Shown piece by piece: positions 20,558 to 30,741 of a DNA stretch of 64,000 nt. A program made the translations under genes and the position numbers. Below the pieces are notes generated by a model. That model saw nothing but the letters and a program-made list of their open reading frames with translations. It had not been told where the DNA came from and did not search any database. Positions within the stretch are counted from its first letter, which is position 1, and every line of letters begins with the position of its first letter. The stretch is from Methanobacteriota archaeon (GTDB lineage: Archaea; Thermoplasmatota; Poseidoniia; Poseidoniales; Poseidoniaceae): NCBI GenBank assembly GCA_002720275.1, contig PBHR01000023.1:21600-85599 (forward strand). The letters run 5' to 3'.

Positions 20558-21316
20558 ATGTCATTAAAAGGTAAAAAACAATCATTCAAAATCCAACGCG
20601 GGAATTTAGAAAATGTATCAATGGTTGAATTTAATATTGAATTAGATGAAGGGATGGTTGTTTTAGATTGTGTTCATAAAATTCAACACGAAGAACAAGC
20701 GGATTTAGCAGTTAGATGGAATTGTAAAGCAGGTAAATGTGGTTCATGCTCAGCAGAAATAAATGGACGACCAAGACTAATGTGCATGACTAGAATGAGT
20801 GATGTTGTATCAGAAACACCAGAAAACGTCCCTATTGAAATTCGACCAATGAAATCCTTTCCGATAATTAAAGATCTAGTGACTGATGTTTCATGGAATT
20901 ATGAGGTTGCACAAAAAATCAAACCAATAAACGGACCTAAAGAAAAAGATTGGGAATTCAATCAGATGGAAGCAGATAGAATACAACACTTCAGAGAATG
21001 CATTGAATGTTTTCTATGTCAAAATACATGCCATGTATTACGTGATCATGATTTATTTGATGATTTTGCAGGCCCTAGAAATTTAGTAAGATTGGCACAA
21101 TTTGAAATGCACCCCTTAGATACAGAAGATAGGATTCCCGAAATAAAAAAGGATTTTGGAGTTGAATATTGTAATATTACAAGATGTTGTACAGAAGTAT
21201 GTCCTGCTGGAATAAAAATCACAGATGATGCAATAATACCATTAAAGGAACGGGTTGTTGATAGATACTATGACCCAATTAAGATGGTATGGAGAAAACT
21301 AACTGGAAGAAATTAA
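20558..21316 (+). CDS. sdhB: Succinate dehydrogenase iron-sulfur subunit
   Basis: CKAGKCGSC...C, CIECFLCQNTC and CNITRCCTEVCP cluster motifs. Confidence 0.95.
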   Translation: MSLKGKKQSFKIQRGNLENVSMVEFNIELDEGMVVLDCVHKIQHEEQADLAVRWNCKAGKCGSCSAEINGRPRLMCMTRMSDVVSETPENVPIEIRPMKSFPIIKDLVTDVSWNYEVAQKIKPINGPKEKDWEFNQMEADRIQHFRECIECFLCQNTCHVLRDHDLFDDFAGPRNLVRLAQFEMHPLDTEDRIPEIKKDFGVEYCNITRCCTEVCPAGIKITDDAIIPLKERVVDRYYDPIKMVWRKLTGRN

Positions 21317-21321
21317 GAATG

Positions 21322-21357
21322 TAAAAAAAACCCGATTTAGCTCACTAAAAGGGGTTG
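21322..21357 (-). terminator. Possible terminator between convergent sdhB and MC1 genes
   Basis: Imperfect hairpin ccc..tttag-ctca-ctaaa..ggg followed on the minus strand by a T8 run. Confidence 0.35.
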
Positions 21358-21402
21358 TGGTGGTACGGCTGCCCGTTTATTTATAGTACGCTAATAGTTC
21401 AA

Positions 21403-21672
21403 CTAATCTTGGTGTTCAATACCTTGTTTCTTAACATTAGCTTTCCAAACCATATCTGGTAACCAATCTGGACCATTTGCTGGCTTAGGCACTTGTTTTC
21501 TTTCGCCTGTGAAAACGTGTATACGTTTTGTTCCACGTTCTCTTAAACGAATGTCAATCTTTCCTCTAGAAGCCGCTTTTAAAGCAGCACCACGAGGTTG
21601 CGCACTTGCAAACACTTGACTTGTGTCTGCTCCTCCTTCCATTAGTACGAAGTACTTCTTGTTTTTTGCCAT
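21403..21672 (-). CDS. Non-histone chromosomal protein MC1
   Basis: MAKNKKYFVL...QPRGAALKAASRG...IRLRERGTKRIHVFTG...PDWLP...KANVKKQG is the MC1 signature; start is ATG 21672 after GAGGA. Confidence 0.92.
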   Translation of the reverse strand: MAKNKKYFVLMEGGADTSQVFASAQPRGAALKAASRGKIDIRLRERGTKRIHVFTGERKQVPKPANGPDWLPDMVWKANVKKQGIEHQD

Positions 21673-21835
21673 GAGATATTCCTCGCTGGCACTCAAACAA
21701 AGGACTTTATAAAGTAATCTGTAAAAAAAGGGATACTGTAGCCTATTTTCAACATGTTTCAGAGTTACGGATACCCTTGAATTATGACTTGTATTACCGA
21801 AGTCAATATGTAGGACGGCCTCACCTCCGAGGTCT

Positions 21836-22453
21836 GTGGCAGAATTACTAATGAAGCGGACTTGCAAAAATGGAATTCTCAAAGTCTTTTATGGGGACCT
21901 ATCAAAACACGAGGCTGACTTAATCGCTACTCCTTCAGATAATAGACTATCTGGGAGAGAAGGAATAGATGCAAAAGTGTATGACGTTGCTGGTGAAGAA
22001 TTAAGAGAAGCATGTAAAGAAATTGCAATAGAACAAAGAAAATTAAATTTATCTCCTTGCCCAGTATCTTCTGCAAAATTTAACAATTCGTTTAACCTCA
22101 AATCGAAATATTTGTTGCATGTTGTAAGTCCTGATTGTAGACGTCCAGTACAAGATCAAAATAGAAGAGAACTATTACCAAAAACATATGAATCTATGTT
22201 TTCAGCAATTCAAAGTAAAAAAGATGTGAAAATAGTAGCTGCAGCACCATTTTCAATGGATATTTTTTCTTATCCTCATAGAGAGGGGGCGAAAATGACT
22301 TTCAGTTTACTACTAGAATGGCTAAATAGTGAAGAATGTAATATTGAGGAATATCACATGATCGTATTGAACAAGAATTTTATTGATGCCATGCGCACAG
22401 TGTATAGAGAAACCGAAGATCAACTTCCAGGAAGAGATACTACAGATGAATAA
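21836..22453 (+). CDS. Macro domain (ADP-ribose-binding/hydrolase-like) protein
   Basis: VFYGDLS..ADLIATPSDNRL..GID..V...AG..L...C, LHVVSP and SMDIFSYP are divergent macro-domain motifs. Confidence 0.85.
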   Translation: MAELLMKRTCKNGILKVFYGDLSKHEADLIATPSDNRLSGREGIDAKVYDVAGEELREACKEIAIEQRKLNLSPCPVSSAKFNNSFNLKSKYLLHVVSPDCRRPVQDQNRRELLPKTYESMFSAIQSKKDVKIVAAAPFSMDIFSYPHREGAKMTFSLLLEWLNSEECNIEEYHMIVLNKNFIDAMRTVYRETEDQLPGRDTTDE

Positions 22454-22533
22454 TTAAAAAACTTCTAAAAATTAATATTTTTTTTCTAAAACGATAAGAA
22501 ACCTCAAGAACGTTTGACAAAATCAACATAAAC

Positions 22534-23103
22534 ATGTCTAGCTCATATGAAAGAGAATTAAGACGCGTTTTAAGTGGTGATGAGAAAACTATCAATGCAA
22601 TTTCTCGAAGTTGCAACCCGTTAGAAAAATTACAAATTTTTTCTGTAACAAATAAACCATTCCTAGTAGTTAGGGCGGCCGGAAGTGGAATGGAAGGAAG
22701 CGGAGATTTAGTAGCATTAAGGGGAGACATATGTTTTCCAATTGAAGTTAAATCTACAAAATCAAAAAAATTATACCTTTCAGGTAGAACGAAAACACAA
22801 TACCTATCAATGGTTAAAGAAGGGGAAAAAACGGGACTGATGCCATTATATGCTCATCGATTAAAAGGTGTGAGAGGTGATTCTTGGAGACTCTTTAGAG
22901 TTGAAACTAGTAACTTGAAAGGAAAATTAATGATACTTGCTAGAAGAATACCAAAACTACCAATCTCAAATCAGGGTAATCCAATGATTGATTGGGATCA
23001 AGGTCTTCCACTACATAAATTCCTTTCTTATCTATGCCAAGAAAGAAAAGATGATTTTAACCCAATAGAATCCATTACACAAAATATGGCAACAAAAACA
23101 TGA
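22534..23103 (+). CDS. hjc: Archaeal Holliday junction resolvase, Hjc family
   Basis: YERELRRVL, VVRAAGSG, GDLVA and IEVKS PD-(D/E)xK motifs. Confidence 0.85.
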   Translation: MSSSYERELRRVLSGDEKTINAISRSCNPLEKLQIFSVTNKPFLVVRAAGSGMEGSGDLVALRGDICFPIEVKSTKSKKLYLSGRTKTQYLSMVKEGEKTGLMPLYAHRLKGVRGDSWRLFRVETSNLKGKLMILARRIPKLPISNQGNPMIDWDQGLPLHKFLSYLCQERKDDFNPIESITQNMATKT

Positions 23104-24661
23104 GGAATAATATTAAAAATAACCCTAATGAACTCCATCCTGAGATTTTTCCAACTAAATTCTCCACACTCAAAGGATGCCATTTTTTAAATCCCAATAT
23201 TTCCCTTAAACGATTTACTTTTTCAATAGAACCATGCATCATATCCTTGAATAAATGACCACCATCAAAAGGCAAGATAGGAATTAAATTTGTCAATCCG
23301 AGTAAAATATTAACCCAAATCAACCAAAAGCAAAATTCTACAATTAAAATCATATTTGATGTACCAAGTATTCCTCCTAATCCCTTTGAATCAGCTACTA
23401 ACATACTTTCTTCAAAAGGATTCATTGCAGTTCCTTTATTTTCGAATGGCTGAAACAACAGTTGAATGACATGAAATGGGGTAATTATTATTTTTTCCAA
23501 TAATGTTCCCGAGGAGCCAGGGGCAAAGGGGCCTACTAAGCCATCTATTCCGTGTGTGCTGCTTACAAGTCCGCTAACTCCTAAAAATGCATCACCTGGT
23601 TCAATAATTTGACCCATTTGTTCTAAAAAGGCACGATTTTCTTCCAATACTATCTGAAAATCATCTTTTCCTATTTCTCCATCTTTATCCAAGTCATCTC
23701 TATTATCTGAAGTATTCCAAACATAATAATTATATTCATAAGCATCACCAAATGTAACATTTAAAATAATAACTTCATCAATATTATTTATTGGAATAAT
23801 TGTCAACTTAACTTCATCACCAGCTGAATAATTATCCATGACCCTATCAAAAGATTCCTTGTCAGGTATTAGATTTTGATCGATTTTCATAATTATATCA
23901 TAGGCATTTAACGGATATTCAACACCAGATGAAGTAGTAGACGAATGTGCTCCTGATTCTTCATGTTCAATTATACCTTTAGCGTACATCCCTTGATTAA
24001 TTGCAGTGAATTGATGTGAAGCAAAAATTAAAATTATAAAACAGATTAAAGCTAAAAATAAGTTTGTTGAGGGGCCTGCAGCAAACATCCTTTGTCTTTC
24101 TTTTCTTGGAGCCCTTGTTAATTCATCATATTCTGGTTCTGCAAAAGCACCTAAGGGTAGTGGACCTAACAATAGTAAGCCAAAACTACGAAGCCGCATA
24201 CCATGAGCTCTAGCTTGCAATCCATGACCAAATTCATGTATTACTAATGAAACAATAAATGCAAAAATACCCCAACCAAGAGGTATTACAGGATTTAATC
24301 CGGGAACTGCAATCATTGTACTAACGGGCATAGGATCTTTTGTGGGCCCTGTAATAATAAAAAGAAGAATCGCAAGGAATAAAAAAAGAATAATAAATAC
24401 CATTGAAGCTCTACAAACCCATAACGATATTTCACCGTAAATTCTCCAAAATTTTCTTGGCTTAGAAACCCTCTCTAACAACTTAATACCTTTCTGAGTT
24501 CTTAACATTAAAATAAAACCTAAAGCCTTAGTAGCATTAATTTTATCTAAATATCCATTTCTCTGAATTCTCGATAAAATTATCAACCAACATATAAATG
24601 AAAAAATAAGTAGAGGGAATAAAAAATCATACGCTTTAATCTCCAACCACTCATTGGCCAT
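23075..24661 (-). CDS. Site-2 (M50) intramembrane metalloprotease with PDZ-like insertion
   Basis: HEFGH, GAFAEP, AAGPSTN and NLIPILPFDGGH. Confidence 0.93.
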   Translation of the reverse strand: MANEWLEIKAYDFLFPLLIFSFICWLIILSRIQRNGYLDKINATKALGFILMLRTQKGIKLLERVSKPRKFWRIYGEISLWVCRASMVFIILFLFLAILLFIITGPTKDPMPVSTMIAVPGLNPVIPLGWGIFAFIVSLVIHEFGHGLQARAHGMRLRSFGLLLLGPLPLGAFAEPEYDELTRAPRKERQRMFAAGPSTNLFLALICFIILIFASHQFTAINQGMYAKGIIEHEESGAHSSTTSSGVEYPLNAYDIIMKIDQNLIPDKESFDRVMDNYSAGDEVKLTIIPINNIDEVIILNVTFGDAYEYNYYVWNTSDNRDDLDKDGEIGKDDFQIVLEENRAFLEQMGQIIEPGDAFLGVSGLVSSTHGIDGLVGPFAPGSSGTLLEKIIITPFHVIQLLFQPFENKGTAMNPFEESMLVADSKGLGGILGTSNMILIVEFCFWLIWVNILLGLTNLIPILPFDGGHLFKDMMHGSIEKVNRLREILGFKKWHPLSVENLVGKISGWSSLGLFLILFLMFLLPYFV

Positions 24662-24752
24662 GACACCCCGTCTTCGTTATTACTCTTGAATTAAAGTATT
24701 GTAACAATAAATAGCCGATGTTATTATTGAGTATTACAATTAGCAGATTACA

Positions 24753-25292
24753 ATGCATACAAAAATGCTAGAACAACTTTGCTTAGATGAAATTGGGGAA
24801 ATACCTAATGAAATTATATTATGGCATTTAGAAGATGGGTTTGCTGAATATTTAATTAAATTTGAAAATAATATAGCATTAATTACAATGAGTATGTATG
24901 ATGTTGAAGAAGATGGTATAGGATATCTTTTAGAACAAAGATTATACATTTCACCACAAAATTACATTAGTGGTAGTATTGATTCACATTCAATTAATTC
25001 TGAGCAAATATTATTAAAAATTACAGAAAATCAAGAAATCTACTTTACTGATAACGGAAAAAACATTCAAAATTTAATTGAGGTCTTAGAATCATGGGTT
25101 ATTGAAATTAATTCTAAACAATCTTCTGATAGTTTACGTTCTAGATTTTCAAGTTTAAGAAGAGAAAAACAAGCAATAATTTCTAAGTTTGACCAATTAA
25201 ATTTTGAAGCAATAAAAAGTGATATGGACTACCTAGAGCAAAAACTAAAAAATACGCAACGAAAATTAGCCGGGAATGAAATTGAAGATTAA
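24753..25292 (+). CDS. Hypothetical protein with C-terminal coiled coil
   Basis: 179-aa ORF filling the gap between flanking genes; no motif recognised. Confidence 0.65.
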   Translation: MHTKMLEQLCLDEIGEIPNEIILWHLEDGFAEYLIKFENNIALITMSMYDVEEDGIGYLLEQRLYISPQNYISGSIDSHSINSEQILLKITENQEIYFTDNGKNIQNLIEVLESWVIEINSKQSSDSLRSRFSSLRREKQAIISKFDQLNFEAIKSDMDYLEQKLKNTQRKLAGNEIED

Positions 25293-26282
25293 TTACTCTG
25301 ATTCTCTTATATCTTCGCTATGATTTTTCATTGATTCATCTGAATGAGAAACCATTTCCGGAGATTTTTGTAAAAAGGCATTCACTAAACCCTCTAAAAT
25401 AATTGGTATTATTAATAAAATAAATATTGTTCCTGTTAATGAAAGCCATGTTTTTGAGGGGATATATGTTGTCCCAGGAGATGAGTCTGTTGTTGCACCT
25501 AACGTCATTAATTTAACAGAACCAAACCAAGGAATCTCTGCCCCTGCAATCCCTTCAACCCATTCTTTTGATACCGCTTCTACTCGCTTTCCTGAAGCAT
25601 CGCTAAGACCTCCGCCTGTTGTATTATTAGTTGCAATCCCTCCTTGATCAACATTGCAATTATTATTATCTCCTAATGTAAGATATCCTTCATGATTAGG
25701 AACCCAATCAACTATACGAAGATATTGAGCATGTGCCCCATTATCTGATAAATCACAATTAAATTCTTTAAAATCCCAACTAATTTTTGTTGAATTTCGA
25801 ATACTTGTTCCGGCAACATCCCAAGTTAATACACAAGTGCCGAGTTCAGAATCTAAATCATCAATTAAAAATTTATCATAACTACCATTTTCACAACTAT
25901 CATTAATTCTATCTGGGGTTTCAGTAAAATTTGCTCTTGCAAAAAGTATTGCACGATGGATAATTGGTGTTTTATCCTCTCCATTTTTATCATACACAAT
26001 TACATCACCAGGTAATCCATGACTATGATACACTTTTGAACCTGAATCAACCTCTAAAGCTTCTGCATATGTCACTATTTTTCTACTATGAGGTGCATGA
26101 ACTAAAATCAAATCACCTGCATCAATTGCTCCAATTTGACCCTCTGGATCATGCATCATTGAATCCGATTCTACAACTACAACGGGAGGGGAATTACCTG
26201 TTGAAGAATACATTGCTAATAATAATAACAAAATCACACTAACTGCAAGAATTAATTCTTTTAACAACGGCCACGCCTTCAA
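25293..26282 (-). CDS. Archaeal signal peptidase I (S26, Ser-His type) with insertion
   Basis: N-terminal TM, VVVESDSM, IDAGDLI, PIIHRA, LTLGDNN and a C-terminal TM. Confidence 0.9.
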   Translation of the reverse strand: MKAWPLLKELILAVSVILLLLLAMYSSTGNSPPVVVVESDSMMHDPEGQIGAIDAGDLILVHAPHSRKIVTYAEALEVDSGSKVYHSHGLPGDVIVYDKNGEDKTPIIHRAILFARANFTETPDRINDSCENGSYDKFLIDDLDSELGTCVLTWDVAGTSIRNSTKISWDFKEFNCDLSDNGAHAQYLRIVDWVPNHEGYLTLGDNNNCNVDQGGIATNNTTGGGLSDASGKRVEAVSKEWVEGIAGAEIPWFGSVKLMTLGATTDSSPGTTYIPSKTWLSLTGTIFILLIIPIILEGLVNAFLQKSPEMVSHSDESMKNHSEDIRESE

Positions 26283-26297
26283 GTAAATCCCTCACTT

Positions 26298-26732
26298 TTA
26301 TCTGCGTTTCATTTTAATTCCTTTTTCTAAGAGGAATTCTCTAAGTTTATCTAAATAGCGAGTTCCTAAAATCTTTCCAGCCTCTTGTGCTTCGGCCATT
26401 TCTTTCCTTAATTCAGAAGGTGATGAAATTTGCATGTATTCTCTAAGAAAATTATATCTTCCTCGCAAGTAAAAAAATTCGGGCCACAAAAATATTGCAA
26501 CTATAATTCCAATAATTCCAGTAATCCAAGCTAAAGCATTCTGCTCAGGACCCCATTGATTATATGTTCCTGTAATAATGAAAACAAGAGTAAATAACAT
26601 CATTCCTAAAGAGACTACAAACACTGTAGTCATGATTGTCAAATGATGTTCCCTAAGAGATTCCCATTTTTTTGAAACTCTTTCTCGCATACTTGATTTG
26701 GCGTTTTTAGACATTCGACTCAACCTACTCAA
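26298..26732 (-). CDS. Small two-TM membrane protein (possibly DUF3198-like)
   Basis: 144 aa; two TMs followed by F.EYM...S.SE....; upstream of the signal peptidase. Confidence 0.65.
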   Translation of the reverse strand: MSRLSRMSKNAKSSMRERVSKKWESLREHHLTIMTTVFVVSLGMMLFTLVFIITGTYNQWGPEQNALAWITGIIGIIVAIFLWPEFFYLRGRYNFLREYMQISSPSELRKEMAEAQEAGKILGTRYLDKLREFLLEKGIKMKRR

Positions 26733-26780
26733 GAAGCAACATAACTTAACATAATCTGATGTTTTTTCAAAACCTTTATC

Positions 26781-27242
26781 TCAAATAATAATAAATTCAA
26801 TATTTGCTTCATTTAACATCGATTTAGATAAATCGAATTCATCATTCCATCTTTCTGGGATTTTAACTCCACTAGGAATTACTATTTTCTTTATTCCTGC
26901 TTGAATTAATGACCTAGAACAACGATTGCATGGTGGCCAAGTAACATATGCTGTACACCCTTTTAATGAAACTCCAATTCTTGCTGCATGCATTATTGCA
27001 TTTTCTTCTGCGTGACAAATTAAAGGATACTTTTTTTCTCTTTCATTTAATCTTTCATCAGTATCTTCTATCCCTCTAGGGAATCCATTAAATCCTGTTG
27101 AACGAATCTCTCGATCTTCTCCGACAATAATACAACCGACTTTAGTTGATGGGTCTTTACTCCACTCTGAAATATGTTTAGCTAATTCTAAAAACCGTAA
27201 ATCCCATTTCACTGTTTCTTCACCGACACTCGTAGATGCCAT
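26781..27242 (-). CDS. dCMP deaminase family protein
   Basis: WSKDPSTKVG, TGFNGFPRG, HAEENAI and PCNRC. Confidence 0.93.
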   Translation of the reverse strand: MASTSVGEETVKWDLRFLELAKHISEWSKDPSTKVGCIIVGEDREIRSTGFNGFPRGIEDTDERLNEREKKYPLICHAEENAIMHAARIGVSLKGCTAYVTWPPCNRCSRSLIQAGIKKIVIPSGVKIPERWNDEFDLSKSMLNEANIEFIII

Positions 27243-27275
27243 GCCTAATTTTTACTTTCGGAATAATTTTCAGTT

Positions 27276-28499
27276 TTATTTTGATAAAATAGTCATAGAT
27301 TTTTCATCATCTAATTCTAAAATGGATAAAATATTCCCAATTAAATAAAGACTGCCGATGCAGAGCAAGGTCCCATTTTTTGTTAATAATTTACCTTTGT
27401 TTAAAGCATTCAAAGGTAGAGGTTCAAGATGTATTTTTGTTTCATTTGATCTAGGTGAAATGTTTTCTAATAATTTTTCAACATTTATTGATTCTGTTCT
27501 ACCTCCTTGAGGCTCAGTTAAAATTATATTTTCAATTGGGTTAATTTTAATGTAATCAATTATAGGATTTAAAAAACCTTCAAAATCTGTTTGTTCAGTA
27601 CACCCTAAAATGATGTTTTGAACATTCTTATCATTTGATGAGATTTCATCAAAGGCTCTAGAAATACCGCTAGGATTATGTGCACAATCTAATAAAATTT
27701 CCAATCCATTGGAATCTTCAATTCTTTGCATCCTTCCTGGCCAAATAGTACGTTTTGCAGGTTCTTCACATTTGAAAATTAAGCCCATCTTTTCCATAGC
27801 TAAATTAGCTAAACCTATTGCTTCATCTTTCATATTTTCATTTTGTAATGGTTTATACCACTCAATTAGTTCAGGTAAATTAACAGATTCTGAAATTACT
27901 TTACGAACCTTTTCATCTTTGTTCCACATTGAAATTAAAGGCATTCCATCTCTTGCAATTGCAGATTTTTCAGTTGCTATTTCTAATATCGTGCTTCCCA
28001 GAGTTTTTGTATGTTCTAATGAAATTTGTGTTAAAATACAACAATCTGCATTTACCAACCTTGTAGCATCTAATCTTCCACCAAGACCTGTTTCAATTAT
28101 TGCACGTTCAATTTTAGATGACGAAAAATGAATCATTGCAATAAGAAAAGTTGCTTCATAAAATGTTGGTATAATTTTTGGTTCTATTTCACAAACTGAA
28201 TATAATTTTTCAATATTGGCTACAAATATAGAGTTAGAAATTTGTAATCCATTAATTCTTACTCGTTCTTCCACATTACATAGATGGGGTGAAGAAAATA
28301 ATCCTGTTTTTATACCATTAAGTGTAAATGTGTTTGATAAAATAGAACAAATAGTACCTTTACCATTACTACCCGCAACATGAATTGATGGGAAGTCATT
28401 TTGAGGATTCTTTAATCTTTGTAATAATTTCTTAGTATTTTCTAATCCTAGTTTCATTCCCTGTTTTCGCAAAGATTCTAACCATTCAATTGCATCCAT
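27276..28499 (-). CDS. folC: Folylpolyglutamate synthase / dihydrofolate synthase
   Basis: HVAGSNGKG, SSPHL, ETGLGGRLDAT, WPGRM, LDCAHNP and GSLYLIG. Confidence 0.92.
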   Translation of the reverse strand: MDAIEWLESLRKQGMKLGLENTKKLLQRLKNPQNDFPSIHVAGSNGKGTICSILSNTFTLNGIKTGLFSSPHLCNVEERVRINGLQISNSIFVANIEKLYSVCEIEPKIIPTFYEATFLIAMIHFSSSKIERAIIETGLGGRLDATRLVNADCCILTQISLEHTKTLGSTILEIATEKSAIARDGMPLISMWNKDEKVRKVISESVNLPELIEWYKPLQNENMKDEAIGLANLAMEKMGLIFKCEEPAKRTIWPGRMQRIEDSNGLEILLDCAHNPSGISRAFDEISSNDKNVQNIILGCTEQTDFEGFLNPIIDYIKINPIENIILTEPQGGRTESINVEKLLENISPRSNETKIHLEPLPLNALNKGKLLTKNGTLLCIGSLYLIGNILSILELDDEKSMTILSK

Positions 28500-28599
28500 T
28501 CTCTAACAAGTCACCCAATACAATTGAGATATTGAGGTTTCTGACTATAACGTATGATAACTTAGGCAGACTGATAGAGGAGACTACTAAAGCAGGTTC

Positions 28600-30687
28600 A
28601 TGGAGGGAGAATCTTTGCGTCCTACTTCTCAAATCAAAGAAATGTTAGGAGCAATGAAAGATCAATGGCAATCAATGCTTGGAATGGCTGTAATGTTTGT
28701 AATTACAATTTTAATTGGAATCATCATTCAACCATTTTATGATAAGCCTGAATTTCGAGCATTTGGTGAAGCTGGAGCAAGTCAAGCCAGAAATATTTTA
28801 CTTGAATTTGTGATGATTCTAATTTTTACAGCTCTAATAATTTTCTTGGCAAAATGGAAAAAAGATTGGATAATAAAGTATGGAATTCTAGGTATTTTAT
28901 TTATTGCGCTATGCTATGCTACAATTCCACTAACTAATCTAGTGATTTCCGAAACTCCAGAACCTTTAGAATTTGATTCAACGCCAACAATATATGAAAT
29001 AATACATCAACATAATGATGGTTTTTATGCATCACAAAAACTCGTAAATAAAACTACAGGTGACATTACAGGATATGCATTTTATTCTTTTTCTAATGCT
29101 TACAATGATTCTGGAATTGCCCCAATAAATATGTTACATCAAGGTATTGTTTTTGAATCAAATAAAGAAGCCTTGAAGTTTTCAAAATTTTCAGACGGCA
29201 TAATTGTGTGTGATGGCGAACAATTTATGAAAATTGACAATGATTTTGATGTTTCTACAAAATTAAATAAAAATATTGATTGTATGTTTGGGTTCAGTTC
29301 TAATCATAGTGATTGGTATCTCAATACAAATAATAAATTAAGGCAAATAGGTACAAATGAAAGTTATAGTATTCCTAATTTCATCATTAATGAAAGTACA
29401 ATTAGTGTTTGGAGCACAAATAATAATCAGTTAATTTGGATTACTGAAAACCGATTTGCACTACTAAATCTACCAAATGAACATAGTAATTTAACTATTG
29501 AATTTGAAGAATCATATCAATCAAAAATCACTACTGCGACATTTGGATCTTCTTTATGGCAAGACTCTGCTGTTGAACAAAAATTGTTAATTTTAGGTGA
29601 TGAAAATGGAAACCTAACTGCTTGGAACATTGATACTGAAAATAATTCTATTCCCGAAATGGAAACAAGACTAAATCTAGGTTCTGATTTTTTTAATGGC
29701 TCTATTAAATCAGTTTTATTAGCTAATTTTAACAATTATGCACAAGATGAATTATTCGTAGTCGATCAAAGTAATTTTAGAATGTTCAGAGGAAGTAGTT
29801 TAGTTGAACAAATAAATATGTCAATCGATTTTGAAGATCGCACAAATTTAGCATTATCAAATACATCAATCAATTCTGTAGATTCTGTAGTTATTATACA
29901 AACAAGTAACGAATGGAAATATGTAAACATTAGTGAAAACCAATTTCAACTTGTAAATGAGTGGGCTTTCTTGATTGGATTTTGTTTGTCTATTCTACTT
30001 ATGATTCTGCTTTACATTAGACCTGAGTGGTATGTAGTAAATCTAGTTGGAATCTTAGTTGGTGGGGGCGTAGTTGCAATGTTAGGAATTTCATTTGTTC
30101 CATGGCTAATTATTATTTTTATGATTGTGGCTGCGATATATGATGCATGGGCCGTGTACAAATCAAAACACATGCTTGATTTGGCAGATACAATGGTTAA
30201 CCTAAAATTGCCAATATTGTTAGTTGCCCCACAAGAGAAAAATTATTCATTCCTTGATGAACAAGATACTATGAGAGATCGGGAAAAATTAATACCAAAG
30301 CCTATTGTAATTCAAAAAGCGGGAATTAGTAAGTCCTCAGAAGATAAAAGCGTTAAGATGGATAAACCTCGTAAAAAGAAAGATCGTGGAAAAGATGCGA
30401 TGTTTATGGGCTTAGGAGACGTCATTTTTCCTGGTATTTTAGTAATCTCAGCAATTACCTGGCTACCTGAAGGAACGATTATTTTAGGAGTGGATGCTAC
30501 ATTTTGGATTGGAATTCTAACAATGATAGGAGGTTTGTGTGGTTATTTCATTTTAATGGGTTATGTTGCATTAGGAAAACCTCAAGCAGGATTGCCTCTA
30601 CTAAATAGTGGAGCAATCCTTGGGTATCTAATCTCTACAATTCTTCTACTTGGAATTGGTGCTTTAGAATTCAATATTTCATTTTAA
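28600..30687 (+). CDS. Presenilin-like (A22, GxGD) intramembrane aspartyl protease with large soluble insertion
   Basis: AIYDAWAVYKSKHM, MGLGDVIFP and PQAGLP; soluble beta-rich segment at about aa 117-455. Confidence 0.9.
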   Translation: MEGESLRPTSQIKEMLGAMKDQWQSMLGMAVMFVITILIGIIIQPFYDKPEFRAFGEAGASQARNILLEFVMILIFTALIIFLAKWKKDWIIKYGILGILFIALCYATIPLTNLVISETPEPLEFDSTPTIYEIIHQHNDGFYASQKLVNKTTGDITGYAFYSFSNAYNDSGIAPINMLHQGIVFESNKEALKFSKFSDGIIVCDGEQFMKIDNDFDVSTKLNKNIDCMFGFSSNHSDWYLNTNNKLRQIGTNESYSIPNFIINESTISVWSTNNNQLIWITENRFALLNLPNEHSNLTIEFEESYQSKITTATFGSSLWQDSAVEQKLLILGDENGNLTAWNIDTENNSIPEMETRLNLGSDFFNGSIKSVLLANFNNYAQDELFVVDQSNFRMFRGSSLVEQINMSIDFEDRTNLALSNTSINSVDSVVIIQTSNEWKYVNISENQFQLVNEWAFLIGFCLSILLMILLYIRPEWYVVNLVGILVGGGVVAMLGISFVPWLIIIFMIVAAIYDAWAVYKSKHMLDLADTMVNLKLPILLVAPQEKNYSFLDEQDTMRDREKLIPKPIVIQKAGISKSSEDKSVKMDKPRKKKDRGKDAMFMGLGDVIFPGILVISAITWLPEGTIILGVDATFWIGILTMIGGLCGYFILMGYVALGKPQAGLPLLNSGAILGYLISTILLLGIGALEFNISF

Positions 30688-30741
30688 TTGAATAATCTTG
30701 CGTAGGTTTGAAGCCAAAAGGCAGATTCGGATAACCAGAGC

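Noticed and set aside
21673..21882. 70-aa N-terminal extension of the MC1 ORF
   Set aside because: It overlaps the divergent macro-domain gene and promoter region; MC1 similarity begins at ATG 21672 with an RBS
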